From Synergistaceae bacterium UBA6083 (GTDB lineage Bacteria; Synergistota; Synergistia; Synergistales; 79-D21): a stretch of DNA of 64,000 nt. Below the pieces are notes generated by a model. It was not told the origin of the DNA, ran no database searches, and worked only from the letters and a program-made list of their open reading frames with translations. The position numbers and the translations under genes were made by a program. Below, one piece after another: positions 1 through 9,001 of the stretch. The stretch spans positions 10,256-74,255 of the forward strand of contig DIXJ01000007.1 of the NCBI GenBank assembly GCA_002436015.1, written 5' to 3'. The first letter of the stretch is position 1. Each line of letters begins with the position of its first letter.

Positions 1-302
1 TTGTATACAGCGACGGAAAGGATTTTCTTGGCCTGGTTCTGGCCGACGACATAATGGTCCAGGAAACGGAAAATGTCCCTCGGGTTGGGCACGTTTTCCA
101 TCGAAAAGGCTGTTACCAGGGGTGCTCCGCGGGAGTCCTCCCCTTCTTCCTTCAAGATCAGGTTGCAAAGATGGACGCACTCGTTGCAAATGGTGACTCC
201 GGGTCCCGAAATCAGCTTCTGGACCTCGTCCTGTGCCTTGCCGCAAAAGGAGCAGCGAAGGTTTCTCCGTTTTCGGCCGTCGCCATCATCCTGCTGGAAC
301 AT
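1..302 (-). CDS. clpX: ClpX, ATP-binding subunit of Clp protease; N-terminal part only, the gene runs off the left edge
   Basis: My own reverse translation from the ATG at 302..300 gives [53 protein letters not shown]...[21 protein letters not shown]. It has the CxxC...CxxC zinc ribbon of the ClpX N-terminus and lies directly downstream of clpP. Confidence 0.9.
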   Translation of the reverse strand, partial: MFQQDDGDGRKRRNLRCSFCGKAQDEVQKLISGPGVTICNECVHLCNLILKEEGEDSRGAPLVTAFSMENVPNPRDIFRFLDHYVVGQNQAKKILSVAVY

Positions 303-372
303 GTTGGTCCTCCCCTCTGCGACTTCAGTCGTTCTGAAGCCGGGAACAACTTAATAGTCTAGCGCATGCCGG

Positions 373-407
373 AAAAAAGAAGAAGGGGAGAGGGCGAGCC
401 TCTCCCC
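373..407 (-). terminator. Rho-independent terminator or attenuator between clpP and clpX
   Basis: Minus strand reads GGGGAGAGG-ctcgc-CCTCTCCCC (9-bp GC stem, 385..393 paired with 399..407) followed by TTCTTCTTTTTT. Confidence 0.7.
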
Positions 408-446
408 TCGCGGGGGTGTCGGAATCCGGGTGAATTGGCCGGTGTC

Positions 447-1034
447 CTAACGTTTTTCGATGATCCGGTCGATTATCCCGTATGCACTCGCTTCAGTGGC
501 GGACATGAAAAAGTCACGGTCGGTGTCCGCTGCTATTTTCTCCAAGGTTTGTCCGGCATGCTTAGCCAGGATCCCGTTGATCGTCTCCCGAACACGGAGT
601 ATTTCCCTGGCCTGGATTTCGATTTCGGTTGCTTGCCCTTGGGCCCCTCCGAGCGGTTGGTGAATCATGATCCGGGTGTTCGGAAGGGCGATCCTCTTGC
701 CCTTTTCCCCTGCCGCAAGAAGGACGGCCGCCATGCTGGAGGCCTGGCCGACGCAGATCGTCGAGACGGGGCACTTGACGTACTGCATCGTGTCGTAAAT
801 GGCCAGGCCGGCCGTCACGATCCCTCCCGGGCTGTTGATGTAAAGATAGATATCCTTGTCCGGATCCTCGCTCTCGAGGAAAAGAAGTTGCGCGATGACA
901 ATGTTCGCGACATGGTCGTCGATTTCCTGGCCGATGAAGACGATGCGGTCCTTCAAAAGGCGGCTGTAGATGTCGTAGGAGCGCTCGCCCCGGCCTGTTT
1001 GCTCGATGACCATCGGAACAAGTATGGACGACAT
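447..1034 (-). CDS. clpP: ATP-dependent Clp protease proteolytic subunit
   Basis: 195-aa ORF: [22 protein letters not shown]...YINSPGG...GQASSMAA...IMIHQP. Typical ClpP Ser/His motifs, in a tig-clpP-clpX context. Confidence 0.97.
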   Translation of the reverse strand: MSSILVPMVIEQTGRGERSYDIYSRLLKDRIVFIGQEIDDHVANIVIAQLLFLESEDPDKDIYLYINSPGGIVTAGLAIYDTMQYVKCPVSTICVGQASSMAAVLLAAGEKGKRIALPNTRIMIHQPLGGAQGQATEIEIQAREILRVRETINGILAKHAGQTLEKIAADTDRDFFMSATEASAYGIIDRIIEKR

Positions 1035-1049
1035 GGCTCAATCCTCCCG

Positions 1050-2420
1050 CTACTCGGGCTTGTTTTCTGCCGGATTTTCTATCCCTTCAATGGAGCTTCC
1101 TACCGGAACCTCTTTGACCGTGATCTCGGACATAAGCAGGGCAATAGCCTTGTTCATGCGGATTCGGTGGAGGAAATCGGTCATCCTTTCACGATCCTTC
1201 AAAAGGAGGGAGCGGATCCTGTCAGGGTCCGACTTCAGGTATTCGGAAAGGGATTTGATTTCGGTGTCGATGTCCTGCTCACTGACCTCAACCGAGCGTT
1301 CATCGGCAAGGGCTTCGAGGACGAGAGTCTGGCGTACGGTCCTCTCTGCCCTTTCTTTTACACTCTGCTCAAAAGTTTCAGGGGTAATCCCGTTCTTTTC
1401 GAGGTACTCATCCATGGAAACGTTGAATTGTTTCTTGATCTGTTCTGATTCTTCTTCTTTCATGGCCTTGACCTGGCGTTCAACGAGCGTTTCAGGAACG
1501 ACGACCTCTGCCGATTCCCTCAGTTTTGAAAGTGCATTGGACTCGGTAGCGTTCTGGGTGTCGTGCTGAATCTGTCCGGCGATTCGATCGGTCACATCCT
1601 TTTTAAAGCCCTCAAAATCTGCAATCTTGTCCTGTGAATATTTCCTGATGAACGTTTCGTCGAGTTCGGGGAGGATCCGTTCGAGTATTTCCTTGACCTT
1701 GAGGCTGTAACGAAGAGTTTTGCCAGCAATGGCTGGATCGGGATGTTCCTCTTCGACCGTAAACTCAACCGATTCCTCTTCGTCGACTTTTTTGTTGGTG
1801 AGGGCATTTTTCAGTTCTGCCCTAAGGCTTTCCGAATCCAGCTGGATTGTCGCGGTTTGTGGGGAGGAAGGGGTATTTTCCGTGCCTTCCTCAAGAAGAA
1901 GGGTCGTGTATTCCACGGAAACCGAATCGCCCTCCTTCGACGACCGATCGGAGACCGGTCGCAACTCGGAGTGATGCTGCCGAATCTGTTCAATCGCCGC
2001 TTCAACCATGGCATCCGTCACTTCGACGATTGGTTTTTCAATGACGAGAGAGGAAAGCTCAGGGAGGACAACTTCCGGGCGCACTTCAAAAGTGAACACG
2101 GCGGTGACCGGTTTTCCCTCCTCCACGTCGCCTTCCAGGTCGACCTGTGGTTCGCTAATCAGGTTGAGGTCGTATTCCTCAACGATTTCACTCATGGCGG
2201 AGGGGAGAACTTTCTCAAGGGCTTCAGAGTAGATGCCCTCGCGGCCGAAGTACATTTCGATGATATTGCGGGGTACCCGGCCCTTGCGGAACCCCTTGAT
2301 GTTTGCCTTCCTGGACAGTTCTCCGACAACGGTGTTCAGCGCCTTCTGGAAATCCTGCGCTTCGATCGTAGCCTGGATTTTAAGTATGTTGCCTTCCTGT
2401 GAGACGATCTCCGATTTCAA
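1050..2420 (-). CDS. tig: Trigger factor (ribosome-associated peptidyl-prolyl isomerase)
   Basis: The ORF contains GFRKGRVPRNIIEMYFG, the ribosome-binding TF signature. The track start (TTG at 2429) abuts the GGAG box. A second in-frame TTG at 2420 (MKSEIVSQEGN) sits 9 nt after GGAG and is preferred. Confidence 0.93.
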   Translation of the reverse strand: MKSEIVSQEGNILKIQATIEAQDFQKALNTVVGELSRKANIKGFRKGRVPRNIIEMYFGREGIYSEALEKVLPSAMSEIVEEYDLNLISEPQVDLEGDVEEGKPVTAVFTFEVRPEVVLPELSSLVIEKPIVEVTDAMVEAAIEQIRQHHSELRPVSDRSSKEGDSVSVEYTTLLLEEGTENTPSSPQTATIQLDSESLRAELKNALTNKKVDEEESVEFTVEEEHPDPAIAGKTLRYSLKVKEILERILPELDETFIRKYSQDKIADFEGFKKDVTDRIAGQIQHDTQNATESNALSKLRESAEVVVPETLVERQVKAMKEEESEQIKKQFNVSMDEYLEKNGITPETFEQSVKERAERTVRQTLVLEALADERSVEVSEQDIDTEIKSLSEYLKSDPDRIRSLLLKDRERMTDFLHRIRMNKAIALLMSEITVKEVPVGSSIEGIENPAENKPE

Positions 2421-2510
2421 CCGCCACAACTCCTTTCAGGTTCCGTTCATTCAATGCCTGCATTCAGGCGTGAAAAGTATACCACACGGCATTGTGCGTA
2501 AAGCACATAA

Positions 2511-2556
2511 AGAAAGAACCCCCCGGATTCCCTTGGAAGTCGGTGGGTTCTTTTCG
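2511..2556 (-). terminator. Hairpin downstream of the tRNA array; possible bidirectional terminator
   Basis: GAACCCcCCG (2516..2525) pairs with CGGtGGGTTC (2541..2550) with one mismatch. It is flanked by TTTCTTT on the minus strand and TTTT on the plus strand. Confidence 0.4.
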
Positions 2557-2610
2557 TCATGACACCCCGTCTCATCGGTTTCAAGACCTATTCCGGGATG
2601 GGACCGGCCC

Positions 2611-2695
2611 TGGTGCGAGAGGCGGGACTTGAACCCGCAAGGCTTTCGCCACTGGATCCTAAGTCCAGCGTGTCTACCTGTTCCACCACTCTCGC
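2611..2695 (-). tRNA. tRNA-Leu (anticodon TAG)
   Basis: Hand-folded. Acceptor GCGAGAG/CTCTCGC, anticodon arm CTGGA-CTTAGGA-TCCAG, long variable arm, T-loop GGTTCAAGTCC, encoded CCA. Confidence 0.9.
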
Positions 2696-2709
2696 CGGAA
2701 AAAATAAAA

Positions 2710-2785
2710 TGGTGGACCGTACAGGAATCGAACCTGTAACCCCCTGATTAAGAGTCAGGTGCTCTGCCAGTTGAGCTAACGGTCC
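2710..2785 (-). tRNA. tRNA-Lys (anticodon CTT)
   Basis: Acceptor GGACCGT/ACGGTCC, anticodon arm CCTGA-CTCTTAA-TCAGG, T-loop GGTTCGATTCC, encoded CCA. 76 nt. Confidence 0.9.
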
Positions 2786-2814
2786 ACGCAAAATCGGTAT
2801 TCTATTGTATTGGC

Positions 2815-2890
2815 TGGCGCGCCCGGCAGGATTTGAACCCGCGACCGACGGATCCGAAGTCCGCCGCTCTGTCCGCTGAGCTACGGGCGC
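2815..2890 (-). tRNA. tRNA-Arg (anticodon TCG)
   Basis: Acceptor GCGCCCG/CGGGCGC, anticodon loop CTTCGGA, T-loop GGTTCAAATCC, encoded CCA. Confidence 0.88.
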
Positions 2891-2907
2891 ATGTCCCGTC
2901 TTCAGTT

Positions 2908-2985
2908 TGGGGTGAGCGAGGGGACTTGAACCCCCAACCACTGGAGCCACAGTCCAGTGCTCTGACCAATTGAGCTACGCTCACC
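2908..2985 (-). tRNA. tRNA-His (anticodon GTG) with genome-encoded G-1
   Basis: The 5' end reads G-GTGAGCG, with an extra G opposite C73. Anticodon arm CTGGA-CTGTGGC-TCCAG, encoded CCA. Confidence 0.9.
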
Positions 2986-3009
2986 GGCTCCACTTTCATT
3001 GTTCCCTAG

Positions 3010-3086
<77 letters not shown>

Positions 3087-3097
3087 CTATATTTCTT

Positions 3098-3174
3098 TGG
3101 AGCGGGAAACGGGATTCGAACCCGCGACCTACGGCTTGGAAGGCCATCGCTCTAGCCAGCTGAGCTATTCCCGC
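3098..3174 (-). tRNA. tRNA-Gly (anticodon TCC)
   Basis: Acceptor GCGGGAA/TTCCCGC, anticodon loop CTTCCAA, T-loop GGTTCGAATCC, encoded CCA. Confidence 0.9.
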
Positions 3175-3195
3175 GCTCACGGCTTACCTTCGGGA

Positions 3196-3273
3196 TGGTC
3201 GGGGCGAAAGGATTTGAACCTTCGACACCCTGCTCCCAAAGCAGGTGCGCTAACCAGGCTGCGCTACGCCCCG
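3196..3273 (-). tRNA. tRNA-Pro (anticodon TGG)
   Basis: Acceptor CGGGGCG/CGCCCCG, anticodon arm CCTGC-TTTGGGA-GCAGG, encoded CCA. Confidence 0.9.
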
Positions 3274-3309
3274 ACATTTTATATGATACCAAGGTTAGGA
3301 TCAATTTGC

Positions 3310-3384
3310 TGGTGGAGCTGAGGGGATTCGAACCCCTGGCCTATTCCGTGCGAAGGAATCGCGCTCCCACTGCGCCACAGCCCC
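3310..3384 (-). tRNA. tRNA-Ala (anticodon CGC)
   Basis: Acceptor GGGGCTG/CAGCTCC with the G3:U70 wobble pair that is the Ala identity element. Anticodon arm ATTCC-TTCGCAC-GGAAT, encoded CCA. Confidence 0.9.
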
Positions 3385-3403
3385 GTTCAATGAGACGTCG
3401 CCC

Positions 3404-3432
3404 ATTTTAGAGAGGCATAGGGTTCTTGTCAA
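3404..3432 (-). promoter_or_regulatory. Sigma-70-type promoter of the eight-tRNA array
   Basis: Minus strand reads TTGACA (3432..3427), a 17-nt spacer, then TAAAAT (3409..3404). The -10 box ends about 20 nt upstream of the tRNA-Ala 5' end. Confidence 0.6.
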
Positions 3433-3483
3433 GGGCGGCGAAGGTTCCCTGTTATGATATTCGCAAAACGGGAGGTGGAGACC

Positions 3484-5109
3484 GTGAAAATCGGACCCGA
3501 AATGGTCAAAGCCTGGGCAGTTGAAATTCAAGTTTCGTGGGCCGGAACAAGGGTCCGCCGCGTCGAGGGTGCGGATCTATGGGCGGCTATCCAGCTTTTT
3601 CCGAAGGGTTGGCTGATCTTTTCCTGGTTTCCGGAAACCTGCGGGTGTGGGACCGTCGTGCGGGAAGTCCTTGATGGACTCTTGAAACTCGGAAAGCGCC
3701 AGCCGCCGATTGTTCTCGCCCTGAAAAGCCAGATCATGGGAGCCAGGCTGACGGGGGCGGAACAGCTGAACGCAGACCGTGTGCTGGTGCTCCATTTTTC
3801 GAGGCCAGTGGGGCTCGGTATTAGCCAGCCACGGACCCTTATCCTTGAAGCGTCTCCTCGATTCTCAAACCTGATCCTTGCCGACGGGAATCTTCAAGTC
3901 CTGGAAACAGGTTGTCACGACCGGCCCAGCGACGGAGGACCTGGCAGGACCCGGCCCGGATTTTCCTACCAGCCTCCGCCGGTCGTGCAGGGCGTTCCCC
4001 CTTCGAAATGGCCGCCGGCCGTTACTCCAGAGGCCTTTAAGGGATTGAGGGGAATCGGGAAGGGCCTTAGCGAGGCCTTGCGGGGTTGCTGGGAGGATCT
4101 TCAAAACCCCCGGGAGGCCTTATTCGGCCTTTACAACCCAAATGACTCCGCTCCTCTGGATTCTTTCCTGCCCCAGCGCGTGGGTGACGCCCTTTCGGTT
4201 TTCCCTTTGATCCTGCCCACGGCCAAACCAATTCCAGGGTCTCCTCTGGAAGCGGCGGGTGCCGAATTGGCGGAAGGCCTTTTAGGGAGAGGTTCCCTGG
4301 CGGTTGGCAAAAAGCCGGGTAGCGGTTTCACCAAGGAGTCCCGGCGTCTCCGGAACCGGCTGGACGGACTCAAGCGCCAGCTGGCAGAGTGTGAACAGGC
4401 TGAGCTTTGGAAGAAATACGGGGAAGCCCTTCTCTCCTCCATTATAGAAATTCCGGAGAAAACCATGGAAATCGAAATCCCCTGCTGGGGCACCTCCGGT
4501 CCCGAAATGTTGCGTGTTCCCGTCGATCCCGGTTTAACCAGGGTGCAGAATGCCCAGGCCTGCTTCAAGCGTTACCGCAAGGGAAACGGCATCAAGGAAA
4601 GAGTCGCGGACGAGATAAGAAAGCTTGAAGGGGAGATCGCCAGCCTTGAGCAGGATGAGTTATTGGCGGAAGCCCTGGCGCTTTGCGCTGAAGGAAGACA
4701 CGAAGGGAGCGGGAAGCCGCCCGGAAGAAAAAGAGGCGAGAAGCAAAGCGGAGTCCACCGGTTTGAAATCGGGGATTTCCCCGTTTTTGTCGGGACAAGC
4801 GCGCTGGGCAACCGGAAAGTCACCTTCCGGCTTGCTTCCCCGGAAGACCTTTGGTTTCATGTCAAGGGCCTTCCGGGTGCCCATGTTATCGTCAAGACCG
4901 GGAAAAGGCCGGTTCCTCAAGCCGTGATCGAACAGGCTGCGGGAATCGCGGCGTTTTTCAGCAAGGCACGGACATCGCCCTCCGCGGTCGTTGATATGAC
5001 GGAGAAGCGTCATGTCCGAAGCAGGCAGGCGGATAACCCAGGGGCCGTTTTCTACACCCATTCGACAGCCCTTACCGTGTGCCCCCAATTGCCGGGTGCA
5101 GGTTCCTGA
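3484..5109 (+). CDS. NFACT-family protein (RqcH/FbpA-like ribosome quality-control factor) with a C-terminal NFACT-R (DUF814) domain
   Basis: The N-terminal region has the LNADRVLVLHF (DR) motif. The middle is a charged coiled coil. The C-terminus reads FPVFVGTSALGNRKVTFRLASPEDLWFHVKGLPGAHVIV. The GTG at 3484 is preceded by GGGAGGTGGAG and is preferred over the track ATG at 3454. Confidence 0.8.
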   Translation: MKIGPEMVKAWAVEIQVSWAGTRVRRVEGADLWAAIQLFPKGWLIFSWFPETCGCGTVVREVLDGLLKLGKRQPPIVLALKSQIMGARLTGAEQLNADRVLVLHFSRPVGLGISQPRTLILEASPRFSNLILADGNLQVLETGCHDRPSDGGPGRTRPGFSYQPPPVVQGVPPSKWPPAVTPEAFKGLRGIGKGLSEALRGCWEDLQNPREALFGLYNPNDSAPLDSFLPQRVGDALSVFPLILPTAKPIPGSPLEAAGAELAEGLLGRGSLAVGKKPGSGFTKESRRLRNRLDGLKRQLAECEQAELWKKYGEALLSSIIEIPEKTMEIEIPCWGTSGPEMLRVPVDPGLTRVQNAQACFKRYRKGNGIKERVADEIRKLEGEIASLEQDELLAEALALCAEGRHEGSGKPPGRKRGEKQSGVHRFEIGDFPVFVGTSALGNRKVTFRLASPEDLWFHVKGLPGAHVIVKTGKRPVPQAVIEQAAGIAAFFSKARTSPSAVVDMTEKRHVRSRQADNPGAVFYTHSTALTVCPQLPGAGS

Positions 5110-5983
5110 GGATATCGGAAAGGCTTTCGGGAAGAAACGACCGGAAGGAGAACCTGCGGCCGTCCCTCGGATGCGGGATCGTCAAACGCCAGGCATGAAG
5201 GAAAACGCGGTCTATGGGGAACGGGGCGTGCTTCCTCGGGGCATAGACGGTATCACCGACGAGGGGATGTCCGATGTGGCGCAAGTGGACGCGAATCTGG
5301 TGGGTTCGGCCGGTCAAAAGGTTGCACTCGATCAGCGAGAAACCTTCTCTGTAACGGGCACGGACGCGGTAATCCGTCCTGGAGGGTCTTCCCTCCTCTA
5401 CAACGGCCATGCGAAGGCGATTGTGGGGATCTCTCCCGATTGGTTCATCAATTGTTCCTTCCTTTTCGCAGGGGGACCCCCAGACAAGGGTCAGGTACCG
5501 TTTTTCGACGGCACGGAATTTGAATGAAGAGATTAACCGGTCCAGAGCCTCGCTATTCCTGGCGACGACCATGAGCCCGGAGGTTGTCGAATCAAGCCGG
5601 TGAACAATACCAGGCCTGAGGACGCGGTTGATGAGTCCGATCCTGGGATCCCTGTAAAGGAGTCCATGAACAAGTGTTCCCGTCCAGTGTCCCGGGGCGG
5701 GGTGGACAACAAGTCCTGCCGGCTTGTCGATTACGAGGATATCTTCATCTTCGTAGACAACGCCGAATTCCACAGGTTCCGGTTCCAAGTCCAGGGTTTC
5801 GATTTCCTGGATGGTCACCTCGACACGCGTTCCTTCTGGCAGTTTCAGGGAGGGTTTGGGCGTCTGGCTTGAAGAAAGGCTGATTCCGCCCTTTCGGACG
5901 ATCTTGTTTGCGTAGCTCCGGGTCAAGCCCAGGCGGCGGCAGACAAGAACATCTAGACGGGTTCCCGTTTCGCTCGGGCCCAC
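5072..5983 (-). CDS. rluD: RluA-family 23S rRNA pseudouridine synthase (RluD-like) with an S4 domain
   Basis: Contains HRLDSTTSGLMVVARN and the RTHQIRVHL motif, with an S4 domain (RLDVLVCRRLGLTRSYANKIV). The open frame continues to 6199, but that part is Pro/Gly-rich and overlaps ileS. The GTG at 5983 behind AGAGGAA gives a normal 304-aa protein. Confidence 0.85.
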   Translation of the reverse strand: MGPSETGTRLDVLVCRRLGLTRSYANKIVRKGGISLSSSQTPKPSLKLPEGTRVEVTIQEIETLDLEPEPVEFGVVYEDEDILVIDKPAGLVVHPAPGHWTGTLVHGLLYRDPRIGLINRVLRPGIVHRLDSTTSGLMVVARNSEALDRLISSFKFRAVEKRYLTLVWGSPCEKEGTIDEPIGRDPHNRLRMAVVEEGRPSRTDYRVRARYREGFSLIECNLLTGRTHQIRVHLRHIGHPLVGDTVYAPRKHAPFPIDRVFLHAWRLTIPHPRDGRRFSFRSFLPESLSDILRNLHPAIGGTR

Positions 5984-6126
5984 GAAAAATTCCTCTCGGG
6001 TCCCTGCCTTGGTTCCGTCACCCGGCTCTTCTTCGAAGGAGGGGTCTCCGTCCTGCCACTCCCCTTCTCCTCCGGGTGGAAAAGGAGGGAGTCCAGGTGT
6101 ACCTGGACTCCCTCCTTCAGGATTCG

Positions 6127-8913
6127 TCAATCCGTGGTTACCTTTGAACACCTTGGACAGAGATCCCGTGCGTCCGGGCATGGCGATATCCTCCAGCACC
6201 TGGGGCAGGCTGTTCCTCCAGCTTTCCGTATACCGATGCGCATGCCGGTTTCAGTATCGTCGAAAACGAGATCGAATTCCTTGCCTTGGGGTTTCTTCCG
6301 GAAGGCTGAAACGATGCAAATCATTTCCCAATCCTCTTCCGAGGCCGAGAGGATTACCGGCTGCACCTTTTCAGGAGCTTCAATGACCGTGATTTCCGCT
6401 TCGAGGCTTTTCCCGATAAGTCCCTTGCCGCGGGCAACCTCTAGGGCGCGGCTGAAACCGCCTCGGATGGAAAGGATCCGGTCCCAGCGGGCATCTAGTT
6501 GCGGATCGGACAACAAAGGGTCCTCTTTCGGCCACCCTGCAAGGAAAACGCTTTCGGGAAGAGATCCGTCTATCTTTCGCATGGCTTGCCAGGTTTCCTC
6601 GGTTGTGAAGCTCAGCACCGGGGCCAGCGCCCGTGTCAGGATGTCGAGCAGCTTCCAGAGAACCGTCTGGCAGCTGCGCCTGGTCCTTTCGTCAGGTCCG
6701 GAGGCGTAGAGGCGGTCCTTGCTGACATCAAGGTAGAATGCGCTTAGTTCATTGACGCAGAACTGGTAGACGACGAAAGTCGGGATGTGGAACTCGTAAG
6801 ATTCAAAGCCCTGAGTGACCCGAGAGATCAGCCCCTGAAGTCGCGACATGATCCAGCGGTCCATTTCATCCATCTCCTCCGGTTTAACAGCATCGGTGGA
6901 CGGGTGAAAGTCGTAGACGTTGCTGAGGAGATACCGATAAGTGTTGCGGACCCGCCGGTACATTTCAACCAGATTGTCGATGATGTTCTGGGAGATCCGG
7001 ATGTCGTTCCGGTAATCCGTGGAGGCTACCCAGAGTCGCAGGATATCCGCCCCGAATTTCTCAATCACTTCCTGGGGACTGACCGCGTTGCCCAGGGATT
7101 TTGACATTTTGCGCCCGTCTCCATCCACGATGAAACCATGGGTCAGGACTGAACGATAAGGGGCGCTGCCGCGGGTGGCGACTCCGTTAAGAAGGGAAGT
7201 TTGGAACCATCCGCGATGCTGGTCACTGCCCTCCAGGTAGAGATCGGCCGGCCAACGGAGTTCCGGACGTGCTTCAAGGACGGCAATGTGGCTCGACCCG
7301 GAGTCGAACCAGACATCCATGATGTCCGTTTCCTTCCTCAGGTGCGTGGAGCCACACTTATCGCAGATGGCCTTATCCCCGAGCAATTCTTTCGGGGTTG
7401 CTTTCCACCAGGTATTGCTTCCGTTCAGGCGGACTTTTTCCTGGACAAGCCGGATTCTGTCCGGTGTCAGGATAAGCTCTCCGCAATCTTCGCAATAAAA
7501 GGCAGGGATCGGTACGCCCCAAACCCTCTGGCGGCTGATGCACCAGTCGGAGCGGTCCCTGACCATGTTCGAGATGCGTTCCTTGCCCCAATCGGGGATC
7601 CATTCCACCTTGTCGATGGCCGCAAGTGCCTCTTGCCGGAATTCAGAGACTGCCACGAACCATTGTTCGGTTGCTCGGAAGATGATGGGTTTCTTGCAAC
7701 GCCAGCAATGCGGGTAGGAATGCAGGATCTTCCCCTTCCCAAGCAACCTTCCGGTTTCGATCAGGCTCTTGAAAACCCGGTCGGCACCTTCCTCCAGGGA
7801 CAACCCGCCGACAAGAGGTGTTTCAGGCAGGAAGCGCCCCGTCGGGTCGACCGGGTTGTAGATTTCCAGCCCGTAGCGAATTCCTGTCTCGAAGTCTTCC
7901 ACGCCATGACCGGGAGCCGTATGGACGCACCCCGTACCGGAATCGAGGGTGACATAATCGGCAAGAACGAGCGGAACCTCCCTTTCTTCGTAGAAGGGAT
8001 GGATTGCGACAAGCCCCTCCAACTCTTTTCCCCGGCAGCACAGGATCGGTTTTCCGAAAACGAGCCCCGTTTCCTTTTCGACGGATGGGATCAGTTCCGC
8101 CGCCAGGAGATAGGTCTTGTTTCCTGCGGGGACGAACACGTATTCGTAATCGACCTGGAGAGCTACTGCCATGCTGGCCGGGAGAGTCCAAGGGGTCGTC
8201 GTCCAGATGATGACGGAGACATCTTTTCCCGAGAGGGCCTCGAAGCGGTTTGCAACCCGGGGCATCGGGTAGGCAACGTAAATGGAAGGAGAGGATTCGT
8301 CCTCGTACTCGATTTCTGCCGCGGCCAGGGCCGTCTGGCAATCGATGCACCAGTAGACGGTCTTGAAACCCTTGTAGACAAACCCCTTCTCCACCATGTC
8401 CGCGAAGGCTCCGAGTTGCGCAGCCTCGTATTCGGGTTCGAAGGTGACGTAAGGATTTTCCCAGTCCCCAAGCACGCCAAGCCGCTTGAACTCTTCCCGC
8501 TGGATGTCGATAAACCGTCGTGCGTAATGGGTACACTTGGAGCGCAGTTCGACGGGATCCATGGACTCCTTGGTCGCCCCTTCCTCGCGGAGGACGCGGA
8601 GTTCGATGGGCAGACCGTGGGTATCCCAGCCAGGGATGTAGGGTGCGCGGTAGCCTCGCATCCACTTGTACTTGGGGATGAAATCTTTCAGGATCTTGTT
8701 GAAGGCTGTGCCGATGTGGATGTTGGCATTGGCGTAGGGAGGGCCGTCGTGCAGGATGAAAAGGGGGCTTTCCGCCGCCTGGGACATGAGCTTCCCGTAA
8801 AGGTCCATTTCGGTCCACATTTGCAGGAAGCCAGGTTCCCTTTTGGCCAGGTTGGCCCTCATTGGGAAATCGGTCTGCGGTAGATTCAGTGTTTTCTTGT
8901 AGTCGTCTGGCAT
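6127..8913 (-). CDS. ileS: Isoleucyl-tRNA synthetase
   Basis: 928 aa. HIGH-type motif (PPYANANIHIGTAFNK), KMSKS, and a C-terminal zinc-finger region CPRCWR...CPRC. Confidence 0.98.
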   Translation of the reverse strand: MPDDYKKTLNLPQTDFPMRANLAKREPGFLQMWTEMDLYGKLMSQAAESPLFILHDGPPYANANIHIGTAFNKILKDFIPKYKWMRGYRAPYIPGWDTHGLPIELRVLREEGATKESMDPVELRSKCTHYARRFIDIQREEFKRLGVLGDWENPYVTFEPEYEAAQLGAFADMVEKGFVYKGFKTVYWCIDCQTALAAAEIEYEDESSPSIYVAYPMPRVANRFEALSGKDVSVIIWTTTPWTLPASMAVALQVDYEYVFVPAGNKTYLLAAELIPSVEKETGLVFGKPILCCRGKELEGLVAIHPFYEEREVPLVLADYVTLDSGTGCVHTAPGHGVEDFETGIRYGLEIYNPVDPTGRFLPETPLVGGLSLEEGADRVFKSLIETGRLLGKGKILHSYPHCWRCKKPIIFRATEQWFVAVSEFRQEALAAIDKVEWIPDWGKERISNMVRDRSDWCISRQRVWGVPIPAFYCEDCGELILTPDRIRLVQEKVRLNGSNTWWKATPKELLGDKAICDKCGSTHLRKETDIMDVWFDSGSSHIAVLEARPELRWPADLYLEGSDQHRGWFQTSLLNGVATRGSAPYRSVLTHGFIVDGDGRKMSKSLGNAVSPQEVIEKFGADILRLWVASTDYRNDIRISQNIIDNLVEMYRRVRNTYRYLLSNVYDFHPSTDAVKPEEMDEMDRWIMSRLQGLISRVTQGFESYEFHIPTFVVYQFCVNELSAFYLDVSKDRLYASGPDERTRRSCQTVLWKLLDILTRALAPVLSFTTEETWQAMRKIDGSLPESVFLAGWPKEDPLLSDPQLDARWDRILSIRGGFSRALEVARGKGLIGKSLEAEITVIEAPEKVQPVILSASEEDWEMICIVSAFRKKPQGKEFDLVFDDTETGMRIGIRKAGGTACPRCWRISPCPDARDLCPRCSKVTTD

Positions 8914-8923
8914 GGATGAACCT

Positions 8924-8967
8924 CCTAAAAGTGTCTTAGCCGCCTAGGCCGCAAGGCCGGGGCGGCT
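8924..8967 (-). terminator. GC-rich hairpin between the TRAP permease gene and ileS; weak terminator or RNA-stabilising element
   Basis: Minus strand reads AGCCGCC-cc-GGCC-ttgc-GGCC-ta-GGCGGCT followed by AAGACACTTTTAGGAGG. The T-tract is short and runs into the ileS RBS. Confidence 0.35.
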
Positions 8968-9001
8968 TGATCGTCTTTATGGTCGATTTTAGGGATGTCG
9001 A

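Noticed and set aside
5984-6199. A Pro/Gly-rich, collagen-like 72-codon N-terminal extension of rluD (GGSPGTPGLPPFPPGGEGEW...) overlapping the ileS 3' end.
   Set aside because: It is low-complexity, overlaps ileS by 73 nt, and is not needed for the S4 and catalytic domains. The GTG at 5983 with an upstream AGAGGAA gives a standard-length protein. It is kept only as an alternative gene model.
7201-8883. A 560-aa plus-strand ORF antisense to ileS. Similar long antisense ORFs occur at 366..1448, 9884..10846, 15793..16416, 16420..17322, 45178..45963, 45521..46348, 48343..49752 and 58083..58904.
   Set aside because: Each lies entirely opposite a confidently identified conserved gene. Their translations are Arg/Pro/Gly-rich and low in complexity with no motif. 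Long stop-free antisense frames are the expected by-product of GC-rich codon usage.
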